A DNA stretch of 64,000 nucleotides from Candidatus Moranbacteria bacterium GW2011_GWC2_40_12 (GCA_000995965.1 LBYD01000001.1:362848-426847), one strand, 5' to 3'. Positions 1 to 9,920 are shown, counted from the stretch's first letter. Notes: generated from the letters alone by a model not told the origin. Translations and numbers: made by a program.

Positions 1-453
1 AATAATCGTCCCAAGCTCGAGGCTGGTGAGACTGCCAAAGATTCCCTGCGATCGGAAAAGGGAAATCATTCCGAAAGTTTGCAGCGCGGCCAGAGGAACC
101 GTGATCCAGCGCGTCCACATATTGAATTTCTGCCGCCCGGCTTCGCCTTCTTCTTTGTAGATTTGCTCAAGGCGCGGAACAATCATTGTCAGCAGCTGCA
201 TAATGATGGAAGCGGTGATATACGGTCCGACGCCGAGCATCACGATCGAAATATTGCGCAAGCCCCCTCCGGAAAACATATTAAGCAGTCCGAAAAACTG
301 GTTATTTTCAAAAAATTGCCGAAGCTGTTCGACGTTCACTCCCGGAACAGGAATGTTGGCCGCGAGGCGAAAAACAACAAGAATCCCCAAAATGAAGAGG
401 ATTTTGTCGCGAAGCTCTTTTACTTTGAAGATTTGGGTTATTTTTTGAAGCAT
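1..453 (-). CDS. secY: preprotein translocase SecY, N-terminal part (gene runs off window start)
   Basis: Reverse-strand translation from ATG at 453 gives MLQKITQIFKVKELRDKILFILGILVVFRLAANIPVPGV..., a typical SecY N-terminus. It follows rplO as in spc operons. Confidence 0.8.
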   Translation of the reverse strand, partial: MLQKITQIFKVKELRDKILFILGILVVFRLAANIPVPGVNVEQLRQFFENNQFFGLLNMFSGGGLRNISIVMLGVGPYITASIIMQLLTMIVPRLEQIYKEEGEAGRQKFNMWTRWITVPLAALQTFGMISLFRSQGIFGSLTSLELGTII

Positions 454-477
454 ATTGATAGAATTTTGAATTTGGAA

Positions 478-560
478 TTGTGAACTTTGAATGGGAATAT
501 CCGAATTTAGAATTCTTTATTCCGAATTCCCATTCTCAATTCTGAATTCTCTATTCTCAA
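478..560. repeat. dispersed palindromic repeat, family B (GAATTGAGAAT/ATTCTCAATTC units), rplO-secY spacer
   Basis: gggaatatccgaatttagaattctttattccgaattcccattctcaattctgaattctctattctcaattc. Confidence 0.6.
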
Positions 561-985
561 TTCTTCACGATTCCTCCCGCTTTTTCTATTTTTTCCTTCG
601 CGCTTTTGGAAACGAGGCATTTTTCAAAAGTGATTTTTTTTGTGATTTCTCCGTTTCCTAAAATTTTGACTGGCACTTTTATTTTACGGATTATTCGCTT
701 TTCACGCAAAGCCTGGGGACTCACAACCGCGCCCTCATCAAATATTTTGTTTATTTTATCAAGGCCAATAATTTGATTTTGGGGATGGATTGACTTGAAA
801 CCGCGCAATTTCGGCAGATGTTCAATGAGTGTTGACCGGCCACCTTCAAAAATCGGGTTTATATTCGCTCCCGATCGGGATTTTTGTCCCTTAACTCCGC
901 GGCCAGAATAGGTCCCTTTCTTTCCGCCCCGGCCGATGCGTCTTTTCGGCTTTCTGGATTTAATTTTCAGTTGATGAATCTGCAT
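557..985 (-). CDS. rplO: 50S ribosomal protein L15
   Basis: 142 aa. The GRGGKKGTYSGRGVKGQKSR motif and its operon position are typical of L15. Confidence 0.9.
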   Translation of the reverse strand: MQIHQLKIKSRKPKRRIGRGGKKGTYSGRGVKGQKSRSGANINPIFEGGRSTLIEHLPKLRGFKSIHPQNQIIGLDKINKIFDEGAVVSPQALREKRIIRKIKVPVKILGNGEITKKITFEKCLVSKSAKEKIEKAGGIVKN

Positions 986-1070
986 AGTTTTTGTAATTAG
1001 TAATTCGCAATTTTGCTCGCTCCGCTCGCTGTAATTTGGATAAGATGAAATCCGAATTACAAATTATTAA

Positions 1071-1547
1071 TTACGAATTACGACTCGAGAGCGCCTTTAC
1101 TTGCTCCAGGGCTTTCACTGTCGCCCTTGCCACGCTTAATTTGTTCGATGAGCCCATTGATTTTGAAACAATATCCCGAATGCCGGCCAATTCTATGACC
1201 GAGCGCACGGCTCCGCCAGCGACGATTCCCCGTCCGGGTTTTGCCGGCTTGATCATAACCTTCGCGCTCCCTACCTTCGCCTCCATAGGACAGGCAATCG
1301 TATTATTGTGCCTTTTTATCTGGACCATGCTCTTTTTTCCGCTGTTGAAAGCCTTTCGCACCGCTTCGCTGACATCAACGCCCTTCGCGACCCCAACTCC
1401 GACCTTCCCGTTCCTGTTCCCGATAATCAAAACCGCCCGGAAACGAAACCGGCGCCCGCCTTTCACCACTCTTGTTACTCTCGCGAGTTCCAACAGCTTC
1501 TGGTCATATTCTGGTTTTTCTCTTCTTGAGAATTTTTTTCTGGCCAT
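1071..1547 (-). CDS. rpsE: 30S ribosomal protein S5
   Basis: 158 aa. ...VVKGGRRFRFRAVLIIGNRNGKVGVGVAKG... is the S5 signature. Confidence 0.9.
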   Translation of the reverse strand: MARKKFSRREKPEYDQKLLELARVTRVVKGGRRFRFRAVLIIGNRNGKVGVGVAKGVDVSEAVRKAFNSGKKSMVQIKRHNNTIACPMEAKVGSAKVMIKPAKPGRGIVAGGAVRSVIELAGIRDIVSKSMGSSNKLSVARATVKALEQVKALSSRNS

Positions 1548-1554
1548 AAATATA

Positions 1555-1668
1555 ATTCAAAATTCAAATATCAAAATGCAAAATGTCAATGCAAAGTTCA
1601 AAATGGACAAATGTCAAAGTCATTTTGACATTCAGAAATTTTTTCATTTTGAACTGACACTTTGATCT
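1555..1668. repeat. dispersed palindromic repeat, family A (CAAAATG/CATTTTG units), rplR-rpsE spacer
   Basis: aattcaaatatcaaaatgcaaaatgtcaatgcaaagttcaaaatgg... is near-identical to the reverse complement of 56355-56400. Confidence 0.65.
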
Positions 1669-1687
1669 CTGACTTTTTATTTTTTAA

Positions 1688-2032
1688 TTAGAATGCCAGT
1701 CCCCCTTCTCTCGCTCCTTCGGCAAGAGCCTTCACTTTTCCGTGGTATTTGTAACCATGCCGGTCAAAAACAACTTCCTTTATTTTTTTTGCCAGTGATA
1801 TTTTTGCTATTTCCGTCCCAATCTTCCGGGCCGTTTCGACATTGTTTTTCCCGCCTTTTATTTTCCGGCTGTCCACAGCCGCAATTGTTCTCTCTTTTTC
1901 GTCATCAATCAGCTGGACATAAATATATTTGATGCTTCGAAAAATACAAAGCCTGGGACGCTCGGTTGTGCCCAAAATCTTCGCTCTCCCTCTCCTGGCT
2001 CGTTTTTTTCTTAATCGCAATATATCCATCAT
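1688..2032 (-). CDS. rplR: 50S ribosomal protein L18
   Basis: 114 aa with an Arg-rich N-terminus and an L18-like core. It sits between rplF and rpsE. Confidence 0.85.
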   Translation of the reverse strand: MMDILRLRKKRARRGRAKILGTTERPRLCIFRSIKYIYVQLIDDEKERTIAAVDSRKIKGGKNNVETARKIGTEIAKISLAKKIKEVVFDRHGYKYHGKVKALAEGAREGGLAF

Positions 2033-2062
2033 TAATTCGTAATTCTAATTCGTAAATATCAC

Positions 2063-2608
2063 TTATTTATCCGCTCCTACAGCTTTTTTTCCGGCCTTCT
2101 TCCTTACAATTTCTCCAACATACCGGAAACCTTTTCCCTTATAAGGCTCCACTTTTTTGAGAGCCCGGACGGATGCGGCTAGCTGGCCTACTTTCTGCTT
2201 GTCGATCCCCGAAATTGTGAGTATATTTTTTTCAATTTTCGCTTCCAGCCCTTCAGGAACTTCAACTTCAACCGGATGGGAAAATCCCAAAGCCATATTG
2301 AGTTTCTTCCCCTGGACGGCCATTCGGAATCCCACCCCCTGGAGCTCTAGCTGCTTTTCATATCCCTTCGTCACTCCTTGAATCATATTGGCGATGAGCA
2401 TCCGAGTCAAACCCCACAGAGACCAGGATTGCTTTGTATCCCTTTTCGCCGTAACCTGAATTTCTTTTCCGGAAGATTTCACATCGATATCATTATGGAA
2501 ATCAAAATCAAGCGATCCTTTCGGTCCCTTTATGGAAATATTCTGCCCCGAAATTTTTGCCTCGACTCCTTCGGGAATAGCTACTGATTTTTTTCCGATT
2601 CTACTCAT
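2063..2608 (-). CDS. rplF: 50S ribosomal protein L6
   Basis: 181 aa. MSRIGKKSVAIPEGVEAKISGQNISIKGPKGSL is the L6 N-terminal signature. Confidence 0.9.
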   Translation of the reverse strand: MSRIGKKSVAIPEGVEAKISGQNISIKGPKGSLDFDFHNDIDVKSSGKEIQVTAKRDTKQSWSLWGLTRMLIANMIQGVTKGYEKQLELQGVGFRMAVQGKKLNMALGFSHPVEVEVPEGLEAKIEKNILTISGIDKQKVGQLAASVRALKKVEPYKGKGFRYVGEIVRKKAGKKAVGADK

Positions 2609-2657
2609 TTATTTGACTTTAATTCGCATATTCGCATTGATTCGCGATTCGCAGAGA

Positions 2658-3062
2658 TCACCAAACTTCACAAATTATTTCCCCTCCCAAGCCGGTTCTT
2701 CTCGCCTCGCTGTCGGTCATCAATCCCCTTGATGTAGAGATAATGGCAAAGCCATAGCCGCTTCTTATGACCGGTATTCTATTTTTGCCGACATATATTC
2801 TTTGCCCTTGCCGACTGACTCTTTGAAGCCCCTGGATATAGGAACCCTTGCCGCCTTTTTCGTCCTGAGAATATTTGAGCCCTATCTTCAAAAAATTTCT
2901 TTCTTTTTCTGTGCTTTCCGAAACTTTCTCAACGAAACCTTTCTTTTTCATTATTTCAGCTATTTTTTTCTTGAATTTTGAAAAAGGAACAACCACTTCC
3001 GGATGCCCGGCTCGAGTGGCGTTTCTTATTCTGGTTAGCATATCGCTTATTGGATCAATCAT
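2658..3062 (-). CDS. rpsH: 30S ribosomal protein S8
   Basis: 134 aa. MIDPISDMLTRIRNA... is the S8 signature. Confidence 0.9.
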   Translation of the reverse strand: MIDPISDMLTRIRNATRAGHPEVVVPFSKFKKKIAEIMKKKGFVEKVSESTEKERNFLKIGLKYSQDEKGGKGSYIQGLQRVSRQGQRIYVGKNRIPVIRSGYGFAIISTSRGLMTDSEARRTGLGGEIICEVW

Positions 3063-3071
3063 ATGTTTTTT

Positions 3072-3257
3072 TTACCAGCTGGATTTTCTTACGCCTGGAA
3101 TTTCCCCCTGACTGGCCAGTTCTCGAAAGCATATTCGGCACAACTCGAAATCGCGCATATATCCTCTTTTACGGCCGCAACGCCAACATCTCCGCACGAT
3201 ACGGGATGAAAATTTCGGTTTTTTTCTTGCCCTGGCTTCAGTTGATGTTTTCGCCAT
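3072..3257 (-). CDS. rpsZ: 30S ribosomal protein S14 type Z (zinc-binding)
   Basis: 61 aa with [10 protein letters not shown]...CRIC, a Cys4 zinc-ribbon form of S14. Confidence 0.9.
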   Translation of the reverse strand: MAKTSTEARARKKPKFSSRIVRRCWRCGRKRGYMRDFELCRICFRELASQGEIPGVRKSSW

Positions 3258-3268
3258 GATTCTTATAA

Positions 3269-3814
3269 TTATTCGCTTTTTATTGGAAATCCTAGCAATC
3301 TCAATAGTCCAATCCCCTCTTCTTTTGTTTTAGCCGTATTCACGACCGTCACCTGAAACCCAAAGATATTCTTCACGTTTTCCGCCATAATTTCCGGAAA
3401 AACGAAGTGTTCCTTGAGGGCTATATTGAAATTTCCCTGTTTGTCAAAAAATTTCGTGTCAATTCCTTGAAAATCGCGAATTCTTGGAAAAGCCGACTTC
3501 ACAAGCCGTTCCAGAAAATCCCACATCCTCCGCCCCCGAAGTGTCACGACAATTCCGACATCTTGACCTTCACGGACTTTGAATCCGGATATTGATTTTT
3601 TGGCTTTCGCCATGACTGGCTTTTGACCGGAGATATCTCTGATCGCGGAAATAATTTCGTCAACGGCGTCTTTTTCTTTCAAAAATTTTCCAATCCCGGC
3701 ATTTATAACAACTTTGGTGATTCTTGGAACCGCCATGACGCTTCTGGCGCCGAATTTCTCTTGAAATTTCTTCGCCGCATCCTTATTATATTTTTCCTTG
3801 AGTGTGATGCTCAT
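3269..3814 (-). CDS. rplE: 50S ribosomal protein L5
   Basis: The track ORF runs 3269..3973. The L5 homology starts at internal MSITLKEKY (ATG at 3814), so upstream codons are probably not translated. The remaining ORF is about 180 aa. Confidence 0.85.
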   Translation of the reverse strand: MSITLKEKYNKDAAKKFQEKFGARSVMAVPRITKVVINAGIGKFLKEKDAVDEIISAIRDISGQKPVMAKAKKSISGFKVREGQDVGIVVTLRGRRMWDFLERLVKSAFPRIRDFQGIDTKFFDKQGNFNIALKEHFVFPEIMAENVKNIFGFQVTVVNTAKTKEEGIGLLRLLGFPIKSE

Positions 3815-3854
3815 AAATTCGTATATACATATGTGATTCGTGATTCGTAAAAAT

Positions 3855-4160
3855 TTATACTTCGCTCTTGCATTTCTTGCAGGTGCGGAATTTGTTCTCG
3901 CCCCCAGTTTTGTATCCGACCCGGGTCGGCTTAGAACATTTCGGACAGATAAGGGAAAGATTCGACAAATCAATCGCCGCCGGCACAGAAACGCGCTGGC
4001 CTTTTTCTCCCTGCTTACGCGGGCGGGTATGCCTTTTCACCAAATTCATCCCTTCGACCAGGGCTTTTTTTTCTTTGCCGAATACACGCGAAACTTTTCC
4101 GCTTTTTCCCCGGTCTTTTCCTGATAGTATTTTCACATTGTCGCCTTTTCTTATCTTCAT
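3855..4160 (-). CDS. rplX: 50S ribosomal protein L24 with Cys4 (CPKC...CKKC) C-terminal zinc-ribbon-like tail
   Basis: The KOW-type N-terminus MKIRKGDNVKILSGKDRGKSGKV is L24-like. The C-terminus LICPKCSKPTRVGYKTGGENKFRTCKKC aligns to the normally Cys-free L24 tail. Confidence 0.85.
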   Translation of the reverse strand: MKIRKGDNVKILSGKDRGKSGKVSRVFGKEKKALVEGMNLVKRHTRPRKQGEKGQRVSVPAAIDLSNLSLICPKCSKPTRVGYKTGGENKFRTCKKCKSEV

Positions 4161-4274
4161 AACCTTCTTTTCTAATCACGAATTTCGTATGAATATGCGA
4201 ATCAATTTTGTTTCAGACAATCGACATTATCCGTATATTCGTATATTCATTATAGATTCGTAGTTCATCTGGAT

Positions 4275-4640
4275 CTACCAAACTTCTGGAGCGAGTGAGA
4301 CAATCTTCGCGTAGCCCCTTTCCCGAATTTCTCTTGCGATCGGACCGAAAATTCTTGTGCCCTTTGGTTCCATCCCTTCCACGATAACCGCCGCATTATC
4401 AGAAAAACTGATATAAGAGCCGTCTTTCCGGCGAAAGGGCTTTCTTTGTCGAACTATCACCGCTTTCACAATCGCTTTTTTCTTTATCGTCCCTCGAGGC
4501 TCGGCGAGCTTCACTGAAGCGATGATGATATCCCCGATCTTTGCGTATCTTTTGCGAGTTCCTCCAGGCACCTTGAAACATTCGATGATCCGAGCACCGG
4601 TATTGTCCGCGACTTTCAGTTTTGTTTCGGCTTGAATCAT
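4275..4640 (-). CDS. rplN: 50S ribosomal protein L14
   Basis: 121 aa. [17 protein letters not shown] is the L14 signature. Confidence 0.95.
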   Translation of the reverse strand: MIQAETKLKVADNTGARIIECFKVPGGTRKRYAKIGDIIIASVKLAEPRGTIKKKAIVKAVIVRQRKPFRRKDGSYISFSDNAAVIVEGMEPKGTRIFGPIAREIRERGYAKIVSLAPEVW

Positions 4641-4655
4641 TATTTTCTATCCAAA

Positions 4656-4898
4656 TTAATCATAAATTACTTCCCATTTTTTTCCCTTGCTCGTCGGCCT
4701 CGTTTCCTGGATTTTGACTTTGTCACCGACCTTGAACCTATTTTCCGGATCGTGGGCTTTGAACTTTTTTGTCACGAGATATCTTTTCAAATACTTGGGA
4801 TGGGTTTTCATGGTATTCACGGCCACAACGACAGTCCTTGCCATTTTATCGCTGGCAACCTTCCCTTCAATATATTTTTTCGCTTTTTCAGTGGTCAT
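4656..4898 (-). CDS. rpsQ: 30S ribosomal protein S17
   Basis: 80 aa, S17-like, between rpmC and rplN. Confidence 0.85.
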   Translation of the reverse strand: MTTEKAKKYIEGKVASDKMARTVVVAVNTMKTHPKYLKRYLVTKKFKAHDPENRFKVGDKVKIQETRPTSKGKKWEVIYD

Positions 4899-4913
4899 AT
4901 ATTTTTCTAATTG

Positions 4914-5099
4914 CTATTTTTTCAAATTCAGCACCGTTAAAATTTTTGCGATGTCTTTCTTTATTTTCCTGATCTCCCGGTGATTCTTCACTTGTTTTCC
5001 GGAAATGTCAAATTTCATCTTGGTGAGCTTGTTCCTAAGTTCACTGAGATTTTTTTCAAGCTCTTTTTGATTTTTTTCGCGAATATCTTTGATTTTCAT
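4914..5099 (-). CDS. rpmC: 50S ribosomal protein L29
   Basis: 61 aa coiled-coil L29-like protein. It overlaps the rplP stop by 4 nt. Confidence 0.8.
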   Translation of the reverse strand: MKIKDIREKNQKELEKNLSELRNKLTKMKFDISGKQVKNHREIRKIKKDIAKILTVLNLKK

Positions 5100-5506
5100 A
5101 TCTTTTCTTCAATTCTCGTTTTTACGCAAAGCTTTGCCGAAGCCAGTTTCAGCGCCCGCCTTGCAGTCTCGGGAGGGACACCGTCCATTTCAAATATAAT
5201 TCTCCCTTGCTCAACCACTGCCACAAAATGGTCAACGGATCCCTTGCCTTTTCCCATCGGAGTTTCGTCCCCTTTTTTTGTCATCGGTTTTGACGGAAAA
5301 ACTCTAATCCAAATTTTCCCTCCCCGCTGGACATAGCGGGTCATGGCCCGCCTCGAAGCCTCAATCTGCCGGGCCGAAACCAGTCCCGCCTCAAGCGACC
5401 TCAATCCAAAACTTCCAAAACTCAATTCGGCGCCTTTTTTGGCCCTTTGGCGCAACTTTCCTCCGCGCTGCTGCTTCCGATATTTCACTTTCTTTGGCAT
5501 CAACAT
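5096..5506 (-). CDS. rplP: 50S ribosomal protein L16
   Basis: 136 aa. [15 protein letters not shown] is the L16 signature. Confidence 0.9.
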   Translation of the reverse strand: MLMPKKVKYRKQQRGGKLRQRAKKGAELSFGSFGLRSLEAGLVSARQIEASRRAMTRYVQRGGKIWIRVFPSKPMTKKGDETPMGKGKGSVDHFVAVVEQGRIIFEMDGVPPETARRALKLASAKLCVKTRIEEKI

Positions 5507-5525
5507 AAATTTTCATCAAACAACA

Positions 5526-6167
5526 TTATTCAAACTTTTCTCCCCTGTAGATCCAAACTTTTACTCCAATCACCCCATAAGTAGTTTGGGCGGTAGCTTT
5601 GGCATAATCGATATCTGCCCTGAGAGTGTGCAGAGGCAAAGTTCCTTTCGAAAGCCATTCCCGCCTCGCGATTTCCGATCCGCCCAATCTTCCGGCCACT
5701 TCCATTTTGATTCCCTTTATCTTCCGACCTTCCATCGCCTGGTCAATGACTCCTTTCAGCACTCTTCTGAAGGGAAGTCTTTTTTCCAGCTGTTCTGCGA
5801 CGTTCTGGGCAACAACCATGGCGTTTTCTTCGCTGTTTTTGATTTCTTCAACTTCAACCTTGAGATCAACTTTCTTAGTTTTGAAAAAATCATCCTTGAT
5901 TATTTTTCTCAAATCTTCAATTCCGCTCCCCCCTCTTCCAATTATAACTCCGGGCCTTGCCGTCTTGATGACAACCCGAACAACGCCGCTTGACCTTTCG
6001 ATTTCGACCGATCCGACAGCTGCGCTGCGAAGCTTTTTTTCAACCATCCGGCGAATTTCAACGTCTTCGCGAAGCTGTTTGGCGTATTCTTTTTTACTGA
6101 TCCAGCGGGACTTCCAGGTATTCGTGATTCCGATGCGAAGCCCTTTTGGGTTTACTTTCTGTCCCAT
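5526..6167 (-). CDS. rpsC: 30S ribosomal protein S3
   Basis: 213 aa. MGQKVNPKGLRIGI... and the KH domain are S3-typical. Confidence 0.9.
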   Translation of the reverse strand: MGQKVNPKGLRIGITNTWKSRWISKKEYAKQLREDVEIRRMVEKKLRSAAVGSVEIERSSGVVRVVIKTARPGVIIGRGGSGIEDLRKIIKDDFFKTKKVDLKVEVEEIKNSEENAMVVAQNVAEQLEKRLPFRRVLKGVIDQAMEGRKIKGIKMEVAGRLGGSEIARREWLSKGTLPLHTLRADIDYAKATAQTTYGVIGVKVWIYRGEKFE

Positions 6168-6172
6168 AGTTG

Positions 6173-6724
6173 TTACATTGATTTTCTTCTAAATACTCTT
6201 TTCAAAAACCCTTGTTTTCCTTCCGCCTTTTTCTTCTCATCAATAAATTCTTTCGTCTCTCTCTCTTTCGCTTTTTCTTTCTTTTCTTCTTTCATCTCTT
6301 CCTTGCCTTTCTCTATCCTCTCCTTGATTTCCTCCGGTTTCACGTCCTTTATTTCATGCTTTTTTTCCAGTTTCTTCCTGTCTTTTCCTTCGACTCTTTC
6401 CGCCAAAATCATTTCAATATGGCTCGATCTTTTGAGGATAAGAGAGGCCCGGCCATAGGCCCGCGGAAGCCATCTTTTCAGCTTCGTTCCCTCGTTTACG
6501 GCAATATTTTTGACATACAGATTATCTTTGCTCAGTCCAAAATTATTTTCCGCGTTTGAAACAGCGCTTTTCAGCAATTTTTCGAAATTCGGCGTTGAAC
6601 CTTTGATCAAAAATTTCAGTTGATTTTCGGCTTCCTTTACGTCCAATCCGCTAAGCATCTTCGCGACCAGACGAATTTTTCTTGGCGAACGTCTCAAATT
6701 GTTGAGTTGGGCTTTTATTTCCAT
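6173..6724 (-). CDS. rplV: 50S ribosomal protein L22 with ~70-aa K/E-rich C-terminal extension
   Basis: The L22 core spans residues 1-110. The tail ...KDRKKLEKKHEIKDVKPEEIKERIEKGKEEMKEEKKEKAKERETKEFIDEKKKAEGK is K/E-rich. Confidence 0.85.
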   Translation of the reverse strand: MEIKAQLNNLRRSPRKIRLVAKMLSGLDVKEAENQLKFLIKGSTPNFEKLLKSAVSNAENNFGLSKDNLYVKNIAVNEGTKLKRWLPRAYGRASLILKRSSHIEMILAERVEGKDRKKLEKKHEIKDVKPEEIKERIEKGKEEMKEEKKEKAKERETKEFIDEKKKAEGKQGFLKRVFRRKSM

Positions 6725-6738
6725 GGTTTTCGCTTTGA

Positions 6739-7074
6739 TTATTTCTTCTCTCCTGTCTGCGCCGCTTTTGCCGCCTCGGAGGATTTGGTCGCTGCAGCCA
6801 TTTCAATTTCTTTCTGGATCCTGCCGCCGTGACGGACAAACTTCCTGGTGGGGGAAAATTCACCCAGCTTATGGCCAATCATTTCTTCAGTCACAAAAAC
6901 TGATATAAAATCTTTGCCGTTGTGGACACCGAAAGTAAAACCCACCATTTCCGGAGTAACTGTCGAGCTTCTCGCCCAGGTTTTTATGACCGATCTGTCT
7001 CCCGGCTTTTTATCCTGAATTTTCTTGATCAATTTTTCATCCACATAGGGACCTTTTTTGAGTGAACGGGACAT
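6739..7074 (-). CDS. rpsS: 30S ribosomal protein S19 (short C-terminal extension)
   Basis: [19 protein letters not shown]... and ...GHKLGEF are S19 signatures. Confidence 0.9.
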   Translation of the reverse strand: MSRSLKKGPYVDEKLIKKIQDKKPGDRSVIKTWARSSTVTPEMVGFTFGVHNGKDFISVFVTEEMIGHKLGEFSPTRKFVRHGGRIQKEIEMAAATKSSEAAKAAQTGEKK

Positions 7075-7895
7075 TATTTTCTTCTTTTTAATATGAATTT
7101 ATTGCTATACTTGTATTTCTTCCTTGTTTTCTTTCCCAGCGCCGGTTTTCCCCAGGGAGTCTTTGGATGCTTAAGGCCTATTCCTTGTTTTCCTTCTCCT
7201 CCGCCGTGCGGATGGTCAACCGGGTTCATCACAGATCCCCGGACAGTCGGCCTTATCCCCAGCCATCTTGAGCGTCCCGCTTTGCCTATCATCACGGTAT
7301 TGTGCAATGTATTGCTGACTTGGCCAATAGTCGCGAAACAGTCGCCGCTGGCTATCCGGAGTTCTCCCGATGAAAGTTTGAGCTGGGCCATATTCCCTTC
7401 AACTGACATCAGAGTCACTGAAGAGCCGGCGCTCCTTCCGAGCTGGGCTCCTCTTTTTGGAAAAAGTTCAACAAGACAGATTTGGGTTCCGATTGGAATA
7501 TTTTTGAGCATTGCCCTATTGCCGATTTTGACGGGAGTTTTTTCAGCTGTCAAGATTTTTTGGCCCTCTTTCATTCCGGAAACAGCGACTGAATAACGTT
7601 TTTCCCCGTCCGCATATTGGAGAAGGGCTATGTTGGCGCTCCGGTTGGGGTCTCTTTCTATCCTAGCAATCACCGCCGGAATATCAAGTTTGTCCATCCT
7701 GAAATCTATTTCCCTGTATCTTCGCTTATGGCCTCCCCCTTTATGGCGGACTGAAATTTTCCCGCCCGACCGTCCCTTGTTCCTTTTTATAAAATACGTC
7801 AAACTCTTTTCCGGTTTTCCAGAATCTTTTTCAAGCTTTGCCACTGACATCTGCCTTCGCCCGGGAGTAGTTTTTCGATAAATCTTGATCTTCAT
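7074..7895 (-). CDS. rplB: 50S ribosomal protein L2
   Basis: 273 aa. ...[18 protein letters not shown]... is the L2 signature. Confidence 0.95.
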   Translation of the reverse strand: MKIKIYRKTTPGRRQMSVAKLEKDSGKPEKSLTYFIKRNKGRSGGKISVRHKGGGHKRRYREIDFRMDKLDIPAVIARIERDPNRSANIALLQYADGEKRYSVAVSGMKEGQKILTAEKTPVKIGNRAMLKNIPIGTQICLVELFPKRGAQLGRSAGSSVTLMSVEGNMAQLKLSSGELRIASGDCFATIGQVSNTLHNTVMIGKAGRSRWLGIRPTVRGSVMNPVDHPHGGGEGKQGIGLKHPKTPWGKPALGKKTRKKYKYSNKFILKRRK

Positions 7896-8038
7896 TATTT
7901 CGTATATTCGCCCGCCTGCTTTGAAATGCTTCTTGTGAGCATATTATCGCTAAGTTTACCACATGTTCTCCTGCGTATATGCTTTTGAATAAACAACAAA
8001 GCATTTCGGGCAGGTAATTGATTCGCAATTCGCAAAGG

Positions 8039-8518
8039 CTACACGCTTTCGTTTATTCCGATTGTATCTCCGGTTGCGAGAGTCACAATAGCTTTTTTAT
8101 AGCCTTTTTTGTATCCCACTGTCCTTCCCTGAACTCTTTTTTTCGGGTGAATCCTGATTATATTCACACTTGTGACCCGAACTCCATAATAATCCTGGAT
8201 CGCCCCTTTTATCTGGCGTTTATCAGCCTTTTGGGCGACTTTGAAAACATACTTATTGAACTGCCCTAGGCTTGCGGATTTTTCGGTTACTAAGGGTTCT
8301 GAAAGGATTCGGTGGGCGATGTTTTCTTCTTTTTTGAGAACTTTTCCGGATTTAACTTCTTTTTTCGGCTTTTCAGTTTTGGCCTTATTCACCGGCTTCT
8401 CTCTTGTTTTCTCTTTTTTAGCAACCTTAATAGCTTTCGGTTTATTCCCTTTTTCAACCGTTTCTTTTTCCGTGCCCTTTTTCCCCAAAATTCTGTCAAA
8501 AATTGCCATAACGCGCAA
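8039..8518 (-). CDS. rplW: 50S ribosomal protein L23 with ~60-aa K/E-rich N-terminal extension
   Basis: The L23 core starts near ENIAHRILSEPLVTEKS. The N-terminal ~60 aa is lysine-rich with KEK-type repeats. Confidence 0.8.
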   Translation of the reverse strand: MRVMAIFDRILGKKGTEKETVEKGNKPKAIKVAKKEKTREKPVNKAKTEKPKKEVKSGKVLKKEENIAHRILSEPLVTEKSASLGQFNKYVFKVAQKADKRQIKGAIQDYYGVRVTSVNIIRIHPKKRVQGRTVGYKKGYKKAIVTLATGDTIGINESV

Positions 8519-9145
8519 TTATTTCTTATACTTTTTCTCAATCATTTTTACCCCTTCTTCACTTAACACCAAATATTTGTGGTTCAAAATATCAAAAATA
8601 TTCAAATTTTCTGCGTCAATATTGTCAACTCTGGGAATATTTCGGCTGGCCCTTTTTGCCTCCTGTTCACTTTTCAAAAAACCGAAAAGGACGCTTCCTT
8701 TTATCTTCAAAGACTCAAGAGCTTTTCCCATCTTTTTCGTTTTTGATTCTTTTATTTCCAAGCTATCAACGATTATAATCTCTTTGTCCGCCAGTTTTTC
8801 AGAAAGAACGACTGCCAATGCTTTGTGATTCATTTTTTTCGAAACATCTTTTTTGAAATTTCGGTCTTTGGTCGGGCCAAAAATCACTCCCCCTTTTCTC
8901 CAGATCGGGCTTCTCACGGATCCGACTCTCGCCCGTCCGGTTCCCTTCTGCTTCCAGGGTTTTTTCCCGGATCCGGCTCTTTCCGCCCGGTCTTTTGTGT
9001 GGGCAAGAATCTGCCGGCGATTGGCATATTGGGCAACGTAAACTTGATGGAGCAGAACATCATTTTTCTCCACGCCGAAAACAAAATTAGCCAATTCAAT
9101 ATCTTTGATTTTTTTTCCTTCCAGATTGTGAACTGCGGCTTTCAT
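8519..9145 (-). CDS. rplD: 50S ribosomal protein L4
   Basis: 208 aa, L4-like, in the conserved S10-operon position. Confidence 0.85.
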   Translation of the reverse strand: MKAAVHNLEGKKIKDIELANFVFGVEKNDVLLHQVYVAQYANRRQILAHTKDRAERAGSGKKPWKQKGTGRARVGSVRSPIWRKGGVIFGPTKDRNFKKDVSKKMNHKALAVVLSEKLADKEIIIVDSLEIKESKTKKMGKALESLKIKGSVLFGFLKSEQEAKRASRNIPRVDNIDAENLNIFDILNHKYLVLSEEGVKMIEKKYKK

Positions 9146-9157
9146 CCTTATTTTAGA

Positions 9158-9751
9158 TTAAGAATTGCAAATTATTTCCACGATTCTTCCCTTCACCCCT
9201 GGCACTGCTCCACGGAGATACAATATGCTGTTTTCTTTGTCAATTTCAACGACTTCCAAATTCCGCGCAGATGATCGCTCGGCGCCCATCCGGCCCGCCA
9301 TCTTTTTACCCTTGATGACATGCTCCGGAAAACTGGAGCCAATTGATCCAGGTGCCCGCCAATCATGCTTGTGCCCGTGAGAATGGGGAGAGCCTTTGAA
9401 GTTGTGCCGCTTCATCACGCCTTGGAATCCTTTTCCCTTCGTGATTCCGGATACCTTCACTTTGTCTCCAACCTCAAATTGGCTTATGTCAATCTTGTCA
9501 CCAGTTTTTTTATCCTTCAATTCGCCCTTAAATTCCTTTATTTTTAAATAATCCTTTCTTGATTTTTCACTTTGTGTTTTCCGCTTTGGGTTCGCGATTC
9601 CTATCTGCACCGCCTCATACCCGTCTTTTTCGGTATTTCTAACTTGGGTAATAACATTCGGTCCGCATTCAACCAAAGTCACATTCAGTGCCCCTTTTTC
9701 CTTGCTATATATCGTACTCATCCCCAATTTTCTGCCTAGAATAAATTTCAT
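9158..9751 (-). CDS. rplC: 50S ribosomal protein L3
   Basis: MKFILGRKLGMSTIY matches the L3 N-terminus. The track ORF starts 5 codons earlier at 9766. Confidence 0.85.
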   Translation of the reverse strand: MKFILGRKLGMSTIYSKEKGALNVTLVECGPNVITQVRNTEKDGYEAVQIGIANPKRKTQSEKSRKDYLKIKEFKGELKDKKTGDKIDISQFEVGDKVKVSGITKGKGFQGVMKRHNFKGSPHSHGHKHDWRAPGSIGSSFPEHVIKGKKMAGRMGAERSSARNLEVVEIDKENSILYLRGAVPGVKGRIVEIICNS

Positions 9752-9920
9752 AACATAATACTCCAAATAAAAAAACTGGCATTAAACCAGCTAAAAACCA
9801 AAGGATTTTTTCGCTAGCTTAGTATCCCGATAAATCGGGACTTTAACTAGATTTCTCTGCAAATTACGAACCAAATAAAAATTCGTATATTCGTACTCGA
9901 TTCGTAATTCGTAGAGGATA

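Noticed and set aside
79-483. Plus-strand 134-aa and 81-aa ORFs at the window start
   Set aside because: They lie antisense to the SecY N-terminus, whose reverse-strand translation matches SecY. They are shadow ORFs.
1036-1665. 209-aa plus-strand ORF overlapping rpsE
   Set aside because: It is antisense to a well-supported S5 gene. Its C-terminal NSNIKMQNVNAKFK is a translation of the family A repeat.
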